Shown piece after piece: positions 40,890 through 49,578 of a stretch of DNA of 53,955 nucleotides. Source of the stretch: an uncultured Collinsella sp. (lineage in GTDB: Bacteria; Actinomycetota; Coriobacteriia; Coriobacteriales; Coriobacteriaceae); contig URTL01000001.1 in NCBI GenBank assembly GCA_900550785.1, positions 1 to 53,955 on the forward strand, in the 5' to 3' direction. The position numbers and the translations under genes were made by a program. Numbering within the stretch: position 1 is the first letter of the stretch; the number at the start of each line of letters is the position of its first letter. A model generated the notes under the pieces. It saw nothing but the letters and a program-made list of their open reading frames with translations. It was not told the DNA's origin and did no database searches.

Positions 40890-41481
40890 GCCAACGCAGA
40901 CAAGCCAGAGCGCAATTGGAAAGGTCGCCACGAACATAACCGGCGACTCCAATAGCTATGACTCACATGACATAAACATCTACCAGCCCGTCTCGTCTGG
41001 CCCGCACCGGCCGCTTACAAAGACGCTCATGTATAAACTCCTGCAAATCATGATTTCGTCGACTGAGCCAACGGGCGAAGATTTCCCCCTTACGCCTCCG
41101 CCTCCTATAGAGAAGAAGCTGATTTACAACCACGCACCGCGTTACCTAAACATCATCAACGAGTATTCTGAGAACTACGCTCGTCTCGACAGCGTGATCA
41201 AGGAATTCCCCGACAGCGAAGCCATCATCCAAAGGCTGAACAAGATGTTTGTCAATGTGGCAGACGTTCGCGATGACGGCAAGCTGTGCGTAGGAAACGG
41301 CGATGCACAGCTCAAGCTCATCGAGAACGAGATCTATAACATGATTGTGAATGACGCAAGCTTTCAGGCTGACGAGGTCCCCGAAGAAATCATCAACCAG
41401 TTCTGCGTTGCGTTGATTGCCGTTGCCGTGGCAAAATGCAGAGTCCTTCTGAGGCCAGGTGATGACGATGCTGCTGCTTGA
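40876..41481 (+). CDS. ABC-three-component (Lamassu-like) effector-position protein: CTD only, with N-terminal low-complexity motif
   Basis: Directly upstream of the middle component and ATPase; PPPIEKKLIYN...IINEY and C-terminal AVAKCRVLLRP resemble ABC-3C CTDs; N-terminal SQSAIGKVATNITGDSNS. Confidence 0.7.
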   Translation: MLRDKPTQTSQSAIGKVATNITGDSNSYDSHDINIYQPVSSGPHRPLTKTLMYKLLQIMISSTEPTGEDFPLTPPPPIEKKLIYNHAPRYLNIINEYSENYARLDSVIKEFPDSEAIIQRLNKMFVNVADVRDDGKLCVGNGDAQLKLIENEIYNMIVNDASFQADEVPEEIINQFCVALIAVAVAKCRVLLRPGDDDAAA

Positions 41482-41713
41482 TCGCAATAATGAGCCGACG
41501 AGCACGGTCTATTACATCGCTGCCGCCTTGGATGGCTACATCGACCAGAACCCAGGCTTGGACGCCGGTCAACTCTATGAGGTAACGGCGAACACTCTGG
41601 TCAAGAAAGAAGTGAGCTACGACTTCTTTGTCATGGCTTTGGACTTTCTCTTCCTCCTCGGACGCGTGTCAATAGACGAGAAGGGAGGGCTACATGTTCA
41701 TCAAGTCGCTTAG
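41468..41713 (+). CDS. ABC-three-component middle component (LmuC-like)
   Basis: About 81 aa; EPTSTVYYIAA...FFVMALDFLFLLGRV motif; overlaps both neighbours. Confidence 0.75.
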   Translation: MLLLDRNNEPTSTVYYIAAALDGYIDQNPGLDAGQLYEVTANTLVKKEVSYDFFVMALDFLFLLGRVSIDEKGGLHVHQVA

Positions 41714-43418
41714 AATTCGCAAGACAACAACTGACGAAATAGTTCGCGAGGTCTTATTCCACAAGGGTGCCAACCTCATCGTCGATACCGAGGACTCCGA
41801 ATCGCACAATCGCGTTGGAAAAACAACCTTCCTCAAGCTCATTGATATCGCAATGGGCGCCAAGGACAGGAAGCTCATTTACACAGACGCCGACACGGGC
41901 ACGGTGACCGAGGAGCTACGCGATTTCATCGTCACAAACAAGATCGCCGTCGACATGACACTGACATCGGATTTTCCCGATGGCGATGACGTGATTCTCA
42001 CAATCGACCTCTTCCCGAATGGAAGGTACTACATAGACGGCGAAAAGATGGGGCAGAAAGCTTACCAGCAACGACTCAATGTCTTGCTTTTCGGGAACGA
42101 AGCGAATGTGCCCACGTTTCGCCAATTGATCAATTCATTTGTCCGCGTGTCCGTAGGCGGGGATGATAATTCCTTCCTCAAAACCGTTCCCAGCGGCAGC
42201 ACATCCATCTACCGGAGTGTCTACAACGCTCTGTTCGGCATCTCAGATCCGGCGCTCGACAAAAAGCGTGACGACCTCAACAAGGACTTGAACAAGACGC
42301 GTGAGTCCATCAAACGCTATAAGAAAGTCCAGAACGTCGATACGGTCAGCGAGCAGCAGCAGATACTTACAGGGCTCGAAGCCGAGCATGAAGAAGTCCA
42401 GTGCAAGCTCAACAGCATCATCGACGCCGATGTCTACAGGGCCAACCGCGATGAAATCGCGGCTACACGCACCCGATACGCATCTCTGACACTGCAACTC
42501 TCAGACATAGACTACAGGCTGCAACGAAATGAAGAGGCCCTGCAGACTGCTATGCAAGAGCGCGGTAGACAAGCCGACGTTAATTTGAGCAGACGGTTTT
42601 TCGAGGAAGTCTGTTCGATGATCCCGATGGTGAATGCAACTTTCGAAGAGATGGTCGCATTCAACAACCAGCTCTGCGACAACAAGATTGCCTATTTCGC
42701 GAGTGTGGCAGAAAAACTGAAGGCCGAGCGTGCATCTGTGCAACGTGAAATCAGCCAACTGTCATCGCAGAACAGCCAATTCATGTCATTGGTGGAGCAA
42801 GACCTCATCGATGAGTACGAGTCGCTTCAGGCACGCCTAGTTGAGCTTTCGAGCAGTATCGGCAAATGCCGAGAAGTAATAGATACGCTCAACAGCTTTG
42901 AGGTAGAACAGACCAGCATTGAGGGAAAAATCGCATCGCTTGGCTCGTCTGATGATGGCGACGAGCCGCAATCCAACGATTTTGCTGCAATGATGCTTGC
43001 GTTTAACGCATTCTTCACTCCGCTTGCCAGGGAGTTCAACAACGAATCGCCGCTGCTCGTTTACTATGAAGAGTCGAACAAGTTCCCCGTTGCAATACGT
43101 GATACCGCTGGCTCCAGCACGGGCACACGCAAGTCACTCATCGCCGCATTTGATTTAGCGTATCAGCAGTTTGCAGAATCAAAGGGCATCAAGACTCCGC
43201 GCTTCATAGTGCATGACGTCCTTGAAAACATCGAGGGTAAGGTGTTGCGTGACATAATCGCACGCGCCAGCACAATCAACTGCCAGTACATAGTCGCAGT
43301 CCTTAAGGAGAAGCTCGATTCGTCGCTGATACCAGCCGAGGAGCAGGGTAAACTGCAAATCCTGCAGCTTTCGATTGACGATATGCTTTTCACGCGTGGC
43401 AAAGGTGTTGCGTCGTAG
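41694..43418 (+). CDS. ABC-three-component SMC/Rad50-like ATPase (DUF2326, LmuB-like)
   Basis: MFIKSL...FHKGANLIVD, Walker A HNRVGKTT, PTFRQLI, central coiled coil, signature SSTGTRK, Walker B FIVHD, QYIVAVL. Confidence 0.85.
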   Translation: MFIKSLRIRKTTTDEIVREVLFHKGANLIVDTEDSESHNRVGKTTFLKLIDIAMGAKDRKLIYTDADTGTVTEELRDFIVTNKIAVDMTLTSDFPDGDDVILTIDLFPNGRYYIDGEKMGQKAYQQRLNVLLFGNEANVPTFRQLINSFVRVSVGGDDNSFLKTVPSGSTSIYRSVYNALFGISDPALDKKRDDLNKDLNKTRESIKRYKKVQNVDTVSEQQQILTGLEAEHEEVQCKLNSIIDADVYRANRDEIAATRTRYASLTLQLSDIDYRLQRNEEALQTAMQERGRQADVNLSRRFFEEVCSMIPMVNATFEEMVAFNNQLCDNKIAYFASVAEKLKAERASVQREISQLSSQNSQFMSLVEQDLIDEYESLQARLVELSSSIGKCREVIDTLNSFEVEQTSIEGKIASLGSSDDGDEPQSNDFAAMMLAFNAFFTPLAREFNNESPLLVYYEESNKFPVAIRDTAGSSTGTRKSLIAAFDLAYQQFAESKGIKTPRFIVHDVLENIEGKVLRDIIARASTINCQYIVAVLKEKLDSSLIPAEEQGKLQILQLSIDDMLFTRGKGVAS

Positions 43419-43435
43419 GAGTGACCTGTACTCTC

Positions 43436-43741
43436 CTACTCCCGTATCCCCACCGAGAACTCCCCGCCGAAGTTGTTCACCTCGAACCGCTCGTCAGCCA
43501 CAAGTCCCTCCTTGCTCACACGGCACGCGAACGGAAACAACTCGGCCACGTCCTGCAGTTCCAGGAACGTCCGGTAACTCGACCGGTTTACCAGCATGTC
43601 GGCAAAGACCAAAAACCGCGTAAGCTCGTCATTCAGTTCGATGGGCTCTGCAATCACGTAGTGCCCCCGCCTCACGCGCCGGACAACGCCGAACTGATTG
43701 AGCGATGCCACAATCTTTTCGGAGCCCTTCAGGATGGTCAT
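43436..43741 (-). pseudogene. Orphan C-terminal gene fragment, possibly BREX BrxA-like
   Basis: Protein-like ORF with no RBS or room for an N-terminus; ELFPF and RFEVNNFGGE are recalled from BREX-associated proteins (not verified). Confidence 0.35.
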
Positions 43742-43779
43742 GCGCTTGCGCGCCGCCTCAACGCTCTTATTGTCCCGGC

Positions 43780-44997
43780 CTAGTCAAGTACCCGTTGCCT
43801 CTCCTCGACCATCTCGCAGAAGCCTCCCACATCCATGAGCCATTCTTGCTGTGAAGGCGTGTAGGTGGGGAAAAGCTGGGAGGGGATGACGAGCTGGAGC
43901 TTGCTGTCACGCATGGCGTTCGTGTAGTCCACGCTCACGGCGGGCTCCAGCGTGATAAGGTGCTTACGCTCGATGCGGTTCGCCTCCTCGAGCACCTGCC
44001 TCCAGCGCTCCTTGATGGTCGTCTTCGCACCGAGCATCGTAAGGCTCGAGGAGGGGAACCCCTCATCCCGGTAGCACTCGATTGACGGAAAAATGAAGTC
44101 CGGCTTCGACTTTCCCTCGGTGTAGGGCTGTGCGGAGTATCGGATTCCCCTACCCTTGAACAGGAACTCAAGCTGGTGCTCGAACGCTGTGCCCGCGCGG
44201 GACTTCCTGCGCTGGAAGGTCGACATGGTGGTCTTCAGAATGCCGTCGACGTCGAGCTGGCCGTTCAAATAGGGCGCAAGGTCTCTCTCAAGCAGATGGC
44301 GCTCAAACACCTTGAACAGCAATTCCTCGCGCTCGTAGCACGCGAGCAGGCTTCGATCGGGGTCATCCGCCCAGTCGAGACCTTCAAGGGTTGAGATGGA
44401 GTACTCCGTAAAGTCGATGCCCTTCGGAAACGTATGTCCAAACCTCTTGACCATATCGTCCAAGTAGATATCCGCGCTCAAGGGAGCGCGCGTCTCGATA
44501 CCAATCATGCCGAGGATGCGCGAGGCCACCGCACCGATACGGTTGCGCTCGCCCTTTGATACGGCATAGCCCGAGCGGTCGGGCTCCTCGAAGCCGAACA
44601 GCCACCTCAGCTGCGACTCGATGGTCGAGCCTTTTTTAGCGAAGATGATGAGCAGCCCGAGGTCATCGGAGTTGGCGACCACCATGAGGTCGCCAGCGGA
44701 TGCCTGCCTGATGGCGGGGTTGTCCTTGTAGTAGAGACGGTACTCGGTTCTCGTGGGATGTTTGCGGCGCGCATCGTACCAAGTCACGGTCCCGTCGCAC
44801 ATCTCCGGCTCCGCCTCGTCGCACATGTAGGCGAACGTGGTGCGGATGTCGCGGATGTCGTCGTCACCGAACAGCGACCTCAGCGGCAGCGTGCCGTTGA
44901 ACTCGTGCTGATTACTCCTACCTGCGTCGATATCGACGTCCGCGAGGGTCTTCGAGACCGCGCCGTCGAAGTAGCTGCTAAGCGCCCCGTAATCCAT
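43780..44997 (-). CDS. Type II restriction endonuclease, EcoRII family
   Basis: N-terminal SNQHEFNG and TWYDAR..HPTRTEYRLYY; catalytic RRKSRAG, KPDFIFP, GAKTTIKERWRQVLEEA. Confidence 0.88.
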   Translation of the reverse strand: MDYGALSSYFDGAVSKTLADVDIDAGRSNQHEFNGTLPLRSLFGDDDIRDIRTTFAYMCDEAEPEMCDGTVTWYDARRKHPTRTEYRLYYKDNPAIRQASAGDLMVVANSDDLGLLIIFAKKGSTIESQLRWLFGFEEPDRSGYAVSKGERNRIGAVASRILGMIGIETRAPLSADIYLDDMVKRFGHTFPKGIDFTEYSISTLEGLDWADDPDRSLLACYEREELLFKVFERHLLERDLAPYLNGQLDVDGILKTTMSTFQRRKSRAGTAFEHQLEFLFKGRGIRYSAQPYTEGKSKPDFIFPSIECYRDEGFPSSSLTMLGAKTTIKERWRQVLEEANRIERKHLITLEPAVSVDYTNAMRDSKLQLVIPSQLFPTYTPSQQEWLMDVGGFCEMVEERQRVLD

Positions 44998-46150
44998 CCT
45001 GACACGCTCCCATCATGAGCTTGGCCACCGACCGTATTACAGGGACCGTCACCGAATTGCCGAACTGGCGGTAGGCCTGTGTGTCGGAGACCGGGATTAT
45101 GAACCGGTCGGGAAATCCCTGCAAGCGCGCGCACTCTCTAGGGGTCAGCTTACGGGGGTTCTCGCCCTCGCCGCGCGAGACCAAGATCTCACTACCGTCC
45201 TTATGATAGCGTGCGGAGAGCGTCCTCGTGGTGTCCGATGGAGTGATAAGACCGTAGCCGAACCCGTTGCCGGCGGCCTCGTGCTTGGCCTTGTATGCTT
45301 TCAAATATGACCACAGCTTGTCGGAGAGCACGTACCTCGCGTCCGCATCCTCCTCCAGAATCTCCGCGGCTTTCTGACCACTGTTCGGGCAGTCGAGGTC
45401 GTCCCAAGAGAACTCCACATCGTCGCGAAAGCCAACAATGTAGATGCGCTCGCGGTGCTGGCATGTCCAACCCTTGGAGTCCAGAACCTTGTAGTGAACG
45501 TGGTAACCGAGCTCGTCCTGGAGGACCTGCATGATGACGTCGAACGTTCTGCCCCTGTCGTGACTGATCAGATTCTTCACGTTCTCGAGCAGGAACGCCT
45601 TCGGGCGCTTCTCGTTCAGGATGCGTGCAACCTCGAAGAAGAGCGTGCCCTGCGTCTTGTCTTCGAAGCCCGTAGCGCGACCAAGGGAGCGCTTCTTGGA
45701 CACACCCGCAAGCGAGAACGGCTGGCATGGAAAGCCAGCGAGCAGCACGTCGAAGTCGGGGATGTCTGAAGCGGCGACCTCACGGATGTCCCCCGCCGGG
45801 GTTTCGCCGTAGTTCATGCGGTAGGTCTTCTGCGCAAACTTATCCCACTCGCAGGAGAAGACGCACCTGCCGCCCAGCTCCTGGAACGGCATGCGGATCC
45901 CGCCGATGCCCGCGAACAGGTCGATGAAGGTGAAGGCAGGCTTCCCCTCCCCTGCGGGTGCAAAGGGGGCGCGATGGCCGAGGGTGGAGATGTACTTCGA
46001 CTCGGCTGCGGTGGGCCTTGTTTCGCCTGCCTCCCAGCGGCGCACCGTTCGCTCGCCGTTGGGGCCCATGCCTAGGGCAGCGGCGAATTCCTTCTGAGTC
46101 AAGCCGAGCTCCTGTCTCTTGGCCTTTACCTCATCTGCTGATAATTGCAT
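44978..46150 (-). CDS. dcm: DNA (cytosine-5)-methyltransferase with N-terminal HTH (Dcm/EcoRII/SsoII-like)
   Basis: HTH LGLTQKEFAAALG..ERTVRRWE; FIDLFAGIGG, GFPCQPFS, LENV, QHRER, TLSARYHKDGSEIL, YRQFGNSV. Confidence 0.92.
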   Translation of the reverse strand: MQLSADEVKAKRQELGLTQKEFAAALGMGPNGERTVRRWEAGETRPTAAESKYISTLGHRAPFAPAGEGKPAFTFIDLFAGIGGIRMPFQELGGRCVFSCEWDKFAQKTYRMNYGETPAGDIREVAASDIPDFDVLLAGFPCQPFSLAGVSKKRSLGRATGFEDKTQGTLFFEVARILNEKRPKAFLLENVKNLISHDRGRTFDVIMQVLQDELGYHVHYKVLDSKGWTCQHRERIYIVGFRDDVEFSWDDLDCPNSGQKAAEILEEDADARYVLSDKLWSYLKAYKAKHEAAGNGFGYGLITPSDTTRTLSARYHKDGSEILVSRGEGENPRKLTPRECARLQGFPDRFIIPVSDTQAYRQFGNSVTVPVIRSVAKLMMGACQDGLRGA

Positions 46151-46527
46151 GACGCACCTTCTGGATAGATAACAGGACAATATGTCCTCATTTTGCCACA
46201 GGGATGAAGAGATAAACTCGTCAGAATAGCAACCTTGCCCCAAACCATGGGTTTCTCACGTCTCCCACATCCGACAATCCATGTACCACTCAAACCGCGA
46301 AGACCCATCTAACCACCGCTGCGTTCTATACGATAGTCGTTCGCCAGGACATTTTTCTGCCGCCGCAGTCATTAGTCCAAGTGAAAAGCGGCAAGCCGAG
46401 AACCTCACGCCTCTCCATCATCAATCATTCCATTTCACAAATGACGCAGCGGCGCAATTAGCAACGCGGAGCATGGAACCATGCTATACCCGTCCAAACG
46501 ATATTGTCCGCGCCCAACAGCTATCAA

Positions 46528-46767
46528 TCAATTTACCTTGGCCTGCTGGCGCAGAGAGTGCAGCCAAGCCTCATGATCATCGTAACAATAAAGAACATGG
46601 GATCGCGAGGATTTGCCGAGGCGAATGTACTCCGGCCCCTTACTAGGACAGCGCCAATTTGCAAGGGTCTTCGCGCTTACGCCAATCAACTTTGCTGCCT
46701 CTTCACTCGAAAACGCAAGCGGGCGTACGGATTCAACAGCGCATGTCACGCCGTTTGCTCCACCCAT
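46528..46767 (-). CDS. Excisionase/AlpA-like HTH protein, possibly degenerate
   Basis: SSEEAAKLIGVSAKTLANWR...GPEYIRLG...VLY motif. Confidence 0.6.
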   Translation of the reverse strand: MGGANGVTCAVESVRPLAFSSEEAAKLIGVSAKTLANWRCPSKGPEYIRLGKSSRSHVLYCYDDHEAWLHSLRQQAKVN

Positions 46768-46881
46768 AAAGACCCTCAGACTCTCCGATCACACCCACCC
46801 GTTACAGATTGAGACAATTTGACGGTACCGAATTCTTGTCAAGGCGTGGTACAATTGTGTCCCAACGCAAAGGAGGTACCT

Positions 46882-47148
46882 ATGCCCACCTGTGTGCCCG
46901 TCCGAGACATGAAGGACACCGCTGCATTTACCGCGCTTGTTGAGTCCGAGCGCGACGTCACCGTAACTAAGAACGGCTATGAGGCCATGCACTGCATCAG
47001 CAGCGACCAGTATCGTCTCATGCAAGACGAAATCGCCAAAGCCAAGCTGCTGTCTCGTATGATGTTGGCAGAAGACGAGATATCGCAAGGCGACTACAGC
47101 GACTACGACTCCTTCGCGACCGCGATACGAGACAAATATGGCCTATAA
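46882..47148 (+). CDS. Type II antitoxin, Phd/YefM family
   Basis: RBS AGGAGG; PVRDMKDT...VTVTKNGY motif; overlaps the toxin gene. Confidence 0.85.
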   Translation: MPTCVPVRDMKDTAAFTALVESERDVTVTKNGYEAMHCISSDQYRLMQDEIAKAKLLSRMMLAEDEISQGDYSDYDSFATAIRDKYGL

Positions 47149-47443
47149 CGTCGTAATACTCGAAAGCGCACAATATGAATACGAGGCTATTGTCAGATAC
47201 CTTGCTCAAATCCTTATGAACCCACGTGCAGCAGGCAATTTTGTTGCTGAGTTTGAATATCAGCTTGATCTGCTTCGCGAGCAGCCGCTCCTACGGCCCC
47301 TCTCCCACATACGAGAGCTGGCGGCACGCAATTATCGATCGTTTACCGTCAACAAATACGTGTGTCTTTACAAGTTTGAGCGCGATACGATCTATATCGC
47401 CCATGTCTTTCATCAGTCACAGGACTACGGCCGCCTGGTCTAG
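47138..47443 (+). CDS. Type II toxin, RelE/ParE family
   Basis: MAYNVVILESA..EYEAI..YL...NPRAA; YRSFTVNKYVCLY; IAHVFHQSQDY. Confidence 0.85.
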   Translation: MAYNVVILESAQYEYEAIVRYLAQILMNPRAAGNFVAEFEYQLDLLREQPLLRPLSHIRELAARNYRSFTVNKYVCLYKFERDTIYIAHVFHQSQDYGRLV

Positions 47444-47484
47444 CCCACAAACTGAATACTTGGTCCGATCTCCCGCAGCGATAG

Positions 47485-48276
47485 CTAGCAAATGATCTGC
47501 GTGTGTTCCTCGATGGCGGCACGGTCCTCTGCGGCAATACCCGGCTCGCACACCACGGCGTCCAAACTGTCCAGGCGGCAGAAGGTGTAGAAGTCGCGCT
47601 TGCCGATCTTGCTGGAGTCGGCGATCAGATAGCGCGAGTCGGCCTTGCTAAAAGCGAGCTGCTGGATGCGGCCCTCTTCCATGTTAGACGTAGACACGTC
47701 GCCGTCCAGAATGCCGTTTGCGCCGATAAAGGCTGCGTCGATCCCCAGTGCGCGCAAGGTGTCCTCGGCCGTGGGGCCCACAAAGGCGGCAGTGCGGCGA
47801 CGGTACATACCGCCCACGAGACACAGGTCGCAGTCTTCGCGCGCCTCGAGCAGATTAAACACCGAAAGCGAATTAGTCACGATACGTAGGCGGCACGCCG
47901 GCAGCATCGAGGCCATCTGCTCAACTGTAGTGCCCGTCCCCAAAAAGATGGTCGAGCCCTCCTCGATGAGCCCAACGGCGCGGCGCGCGATCTGCAGCTT
48001 TTCCTCGGCATGCTTCGTGCGCTTTTCGCTGTGCGAATACTCATGGCGCAGCATAGCGTGTGGACGGCCCTGCGCACTGCGGGCTCCGCCGTGCACGCGC
48101 TCGATCTCGCCCAGGCTCGCAAGCTCCTCAAGGTCACGGCGGATCGTCATATCCGAGACACCTAACGCATCCGAAATCTCCTTGACCGAGACCGTTCCCT
48201 GTTCCTCGAGCAGCTGCCGAACCTTATCCTGTCGCTCCGCTTTAATCACGATGAGTCCTCGCTGTTCCACGCTCAC
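47485..48276 (-). CDS. DeoR/GlpR-family regulator (LacR-like)
   Basis: LGVSDMTIRRDLEEL, RVHGGA, IFLGTGTT, IVTNSL; lies in the tagatose-pathway locus. Confidence 0.9.
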   Translation of the reverse strand: MSVEQRGLIVIKAERQDKVRQLLEEQGTVSVKEISDALGVSDMTIRRDLEELASLGEIERVHGGARSAQGRPHAMLRHEYSHSEKRTKHAEEKLQIARRAVGLIEEGSTIFLGTGTTVEQMASMLPACRLRIVTNSLSVFNLLEAREDCDLCLVGGMYRRRTAAFVGPTAEDTLRALGIDAAFIGANGILDGDVSTSNMEEGRIQQLAFSKADSRYLIADSSKIGKRDFYTFCRLDSLDAVVCEPGIAAEDRAAIEEHTQIIC

Positions 48277-48454
48277 GTCAATTCAAACAATAACGAACAA
48301 ATTGTATCAGACTCGCGCGCGTCAGAAATGAACGCCCGCACAGCTCCAATCATCACTTTTTTGAGAAAAATACCCCCTGCTTTAGTGGGATGTAGTGATA
48401 ATCTCGCCTGTTCGCGCTACAGTTTGTCGGAAATACCTCGATGTTAGGAACCAA

Positions 48455-49507
48455 ATGATCACTTCCGAGCTTTTCGGCACCGCGCCGTGCGGTACCCCCG
48501 TTCATCGTTACACCCTCAACGGGCCCGAGATCTGCGTTCGCATTATGGACTATGGCGCCACCGTGCTTGGTATCGACGTGCCCGACATTCCCGGCAACGT
48601 GCGCGATGTGGTGCTGGGCTTCGATAAGCTCGAGGATTACTTTGACAACCCCGCCTGCTTTGGCGCGACCATCGGCCCCGTGGCAAACCGCACCGCGGGC
48701 GCCACGATCACCATCGACGGTACGGACTGGCATATGCCCGCCAACGAGGGCGCCAACAACCTGCACAGCGATCTTGAGCACGGTCTGCATAAACGCGTGT
48801 GGGACGTTGAGCTCGACGAGACTCACAACGCCGTGCGCATGACCACCTCGCTTGAGGATGGCGAACTGGGCCTTCCCGGCAAACGCACCTTTACGGCCGT
48901 GTTTACCGTTACACGCACCGGCGTCTTTCGCATCGAGTATGGCTGCGAGAGCGACCGCGCCACCTACGTGTCCATGACCAACCACACATACTTTAACCTT
49001 GCCGGCCATAACGCCGGCATGGACTGCGAGCACTTCTTTGTTGCCAACGCTGCCCACTACCTGCCCATCAACGAGCAGAATATCCCCACCGGCGAGATCG
49101 CTCCGGTCGAGGGAACACCGTTTGACTTTCGCGAGCTGCGCCCCGTCGCTCCCGGCATGGAGGCCGACGACCCGCAGATTAAGCAGGCCCGTGGCTACGA
49201 TCACTGTCTGTGCATCGATGGCTATCAGTACGGCCGCAATCTCCGCCGCGCGATGCACGTCGAGGAGATGTGGACCGGCCGCGAGCTGGACTACTACACC
49301 ACTGCCCCGGGCGTGCAGCTCTACACCGGCAACTGGCTGGGCGACGAGCACGCCAAGGACGATGCTAACTATGGCTGGGGCGCCGGCTTTGCTCTCGAGG
49401 CCGAGATGTACCCCGACACGCCGCACCAGCCGTTGTTCCCGCAGGGCATTGTGGGCCCGGGTCACCCCTACAGCAATGTGATCGAGTACCACTTTATGAG
49501 GCACTAA
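48455..49507 (+). CDS. galM: Galactose mutarotase (aldose 1-epimerase)
   Basis: RDVVLGFD, GATIGPVANR, NNLHS, TNHTYFNL, GTPFDF, GYDH, PGVQLYTGN. Confidence 0.9.
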   Translation: MITSELFGTAPCGTPVHRYTLNGPEICVRIMDYGATVLGIDVPDIPGNVRDVVLGFDKLEDYFDNPACFGATIGPVANRTAGATITIDGTDWHMPANEGANNLHSDLEHGLHKRVWDVELDETHNAVRMTTSLEDGELGLPGKRTFTAVFTVTRTGVFRIEYGCESDRATYVSMTNHTYFNLAGHNAGMDCEHFFVANAAHYLPINEQNIPTGEIAPVEGTPFDFRELRPVAPGMEADDPQIKQARGYDHCLCIDGYQYGRNLRRAMHVEEMWTGRELDYYTTAPGVQLYTGNWLGDEHAKDDANYGWGAGFALEAEMYPDTPHQPLFPQGIVGPGHPYSNVIEYHFMRH

Positions 49508-49578
49508 GCCCACAATGCAACATATTGCACAGCAACGCCCGCCGGCACCACCGCCGACGGGCGTTTTTCTATCCAGTC

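Larger units (their letters stand above)
38126..46813. mobile_element. Defence island / degraded prophage-like element bounded by the direct repeat GTTACAGATTGAG
   Basis: 13-bp DR at 38126-38138 and 46801-46813. Contains an HTH regulator, phage-like gene fragments, an ABC-3C system, an R-M pair and an excisionase-like HTH. Interrupts the lac locus. No intact integrase seen. Confidence 0.6.
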
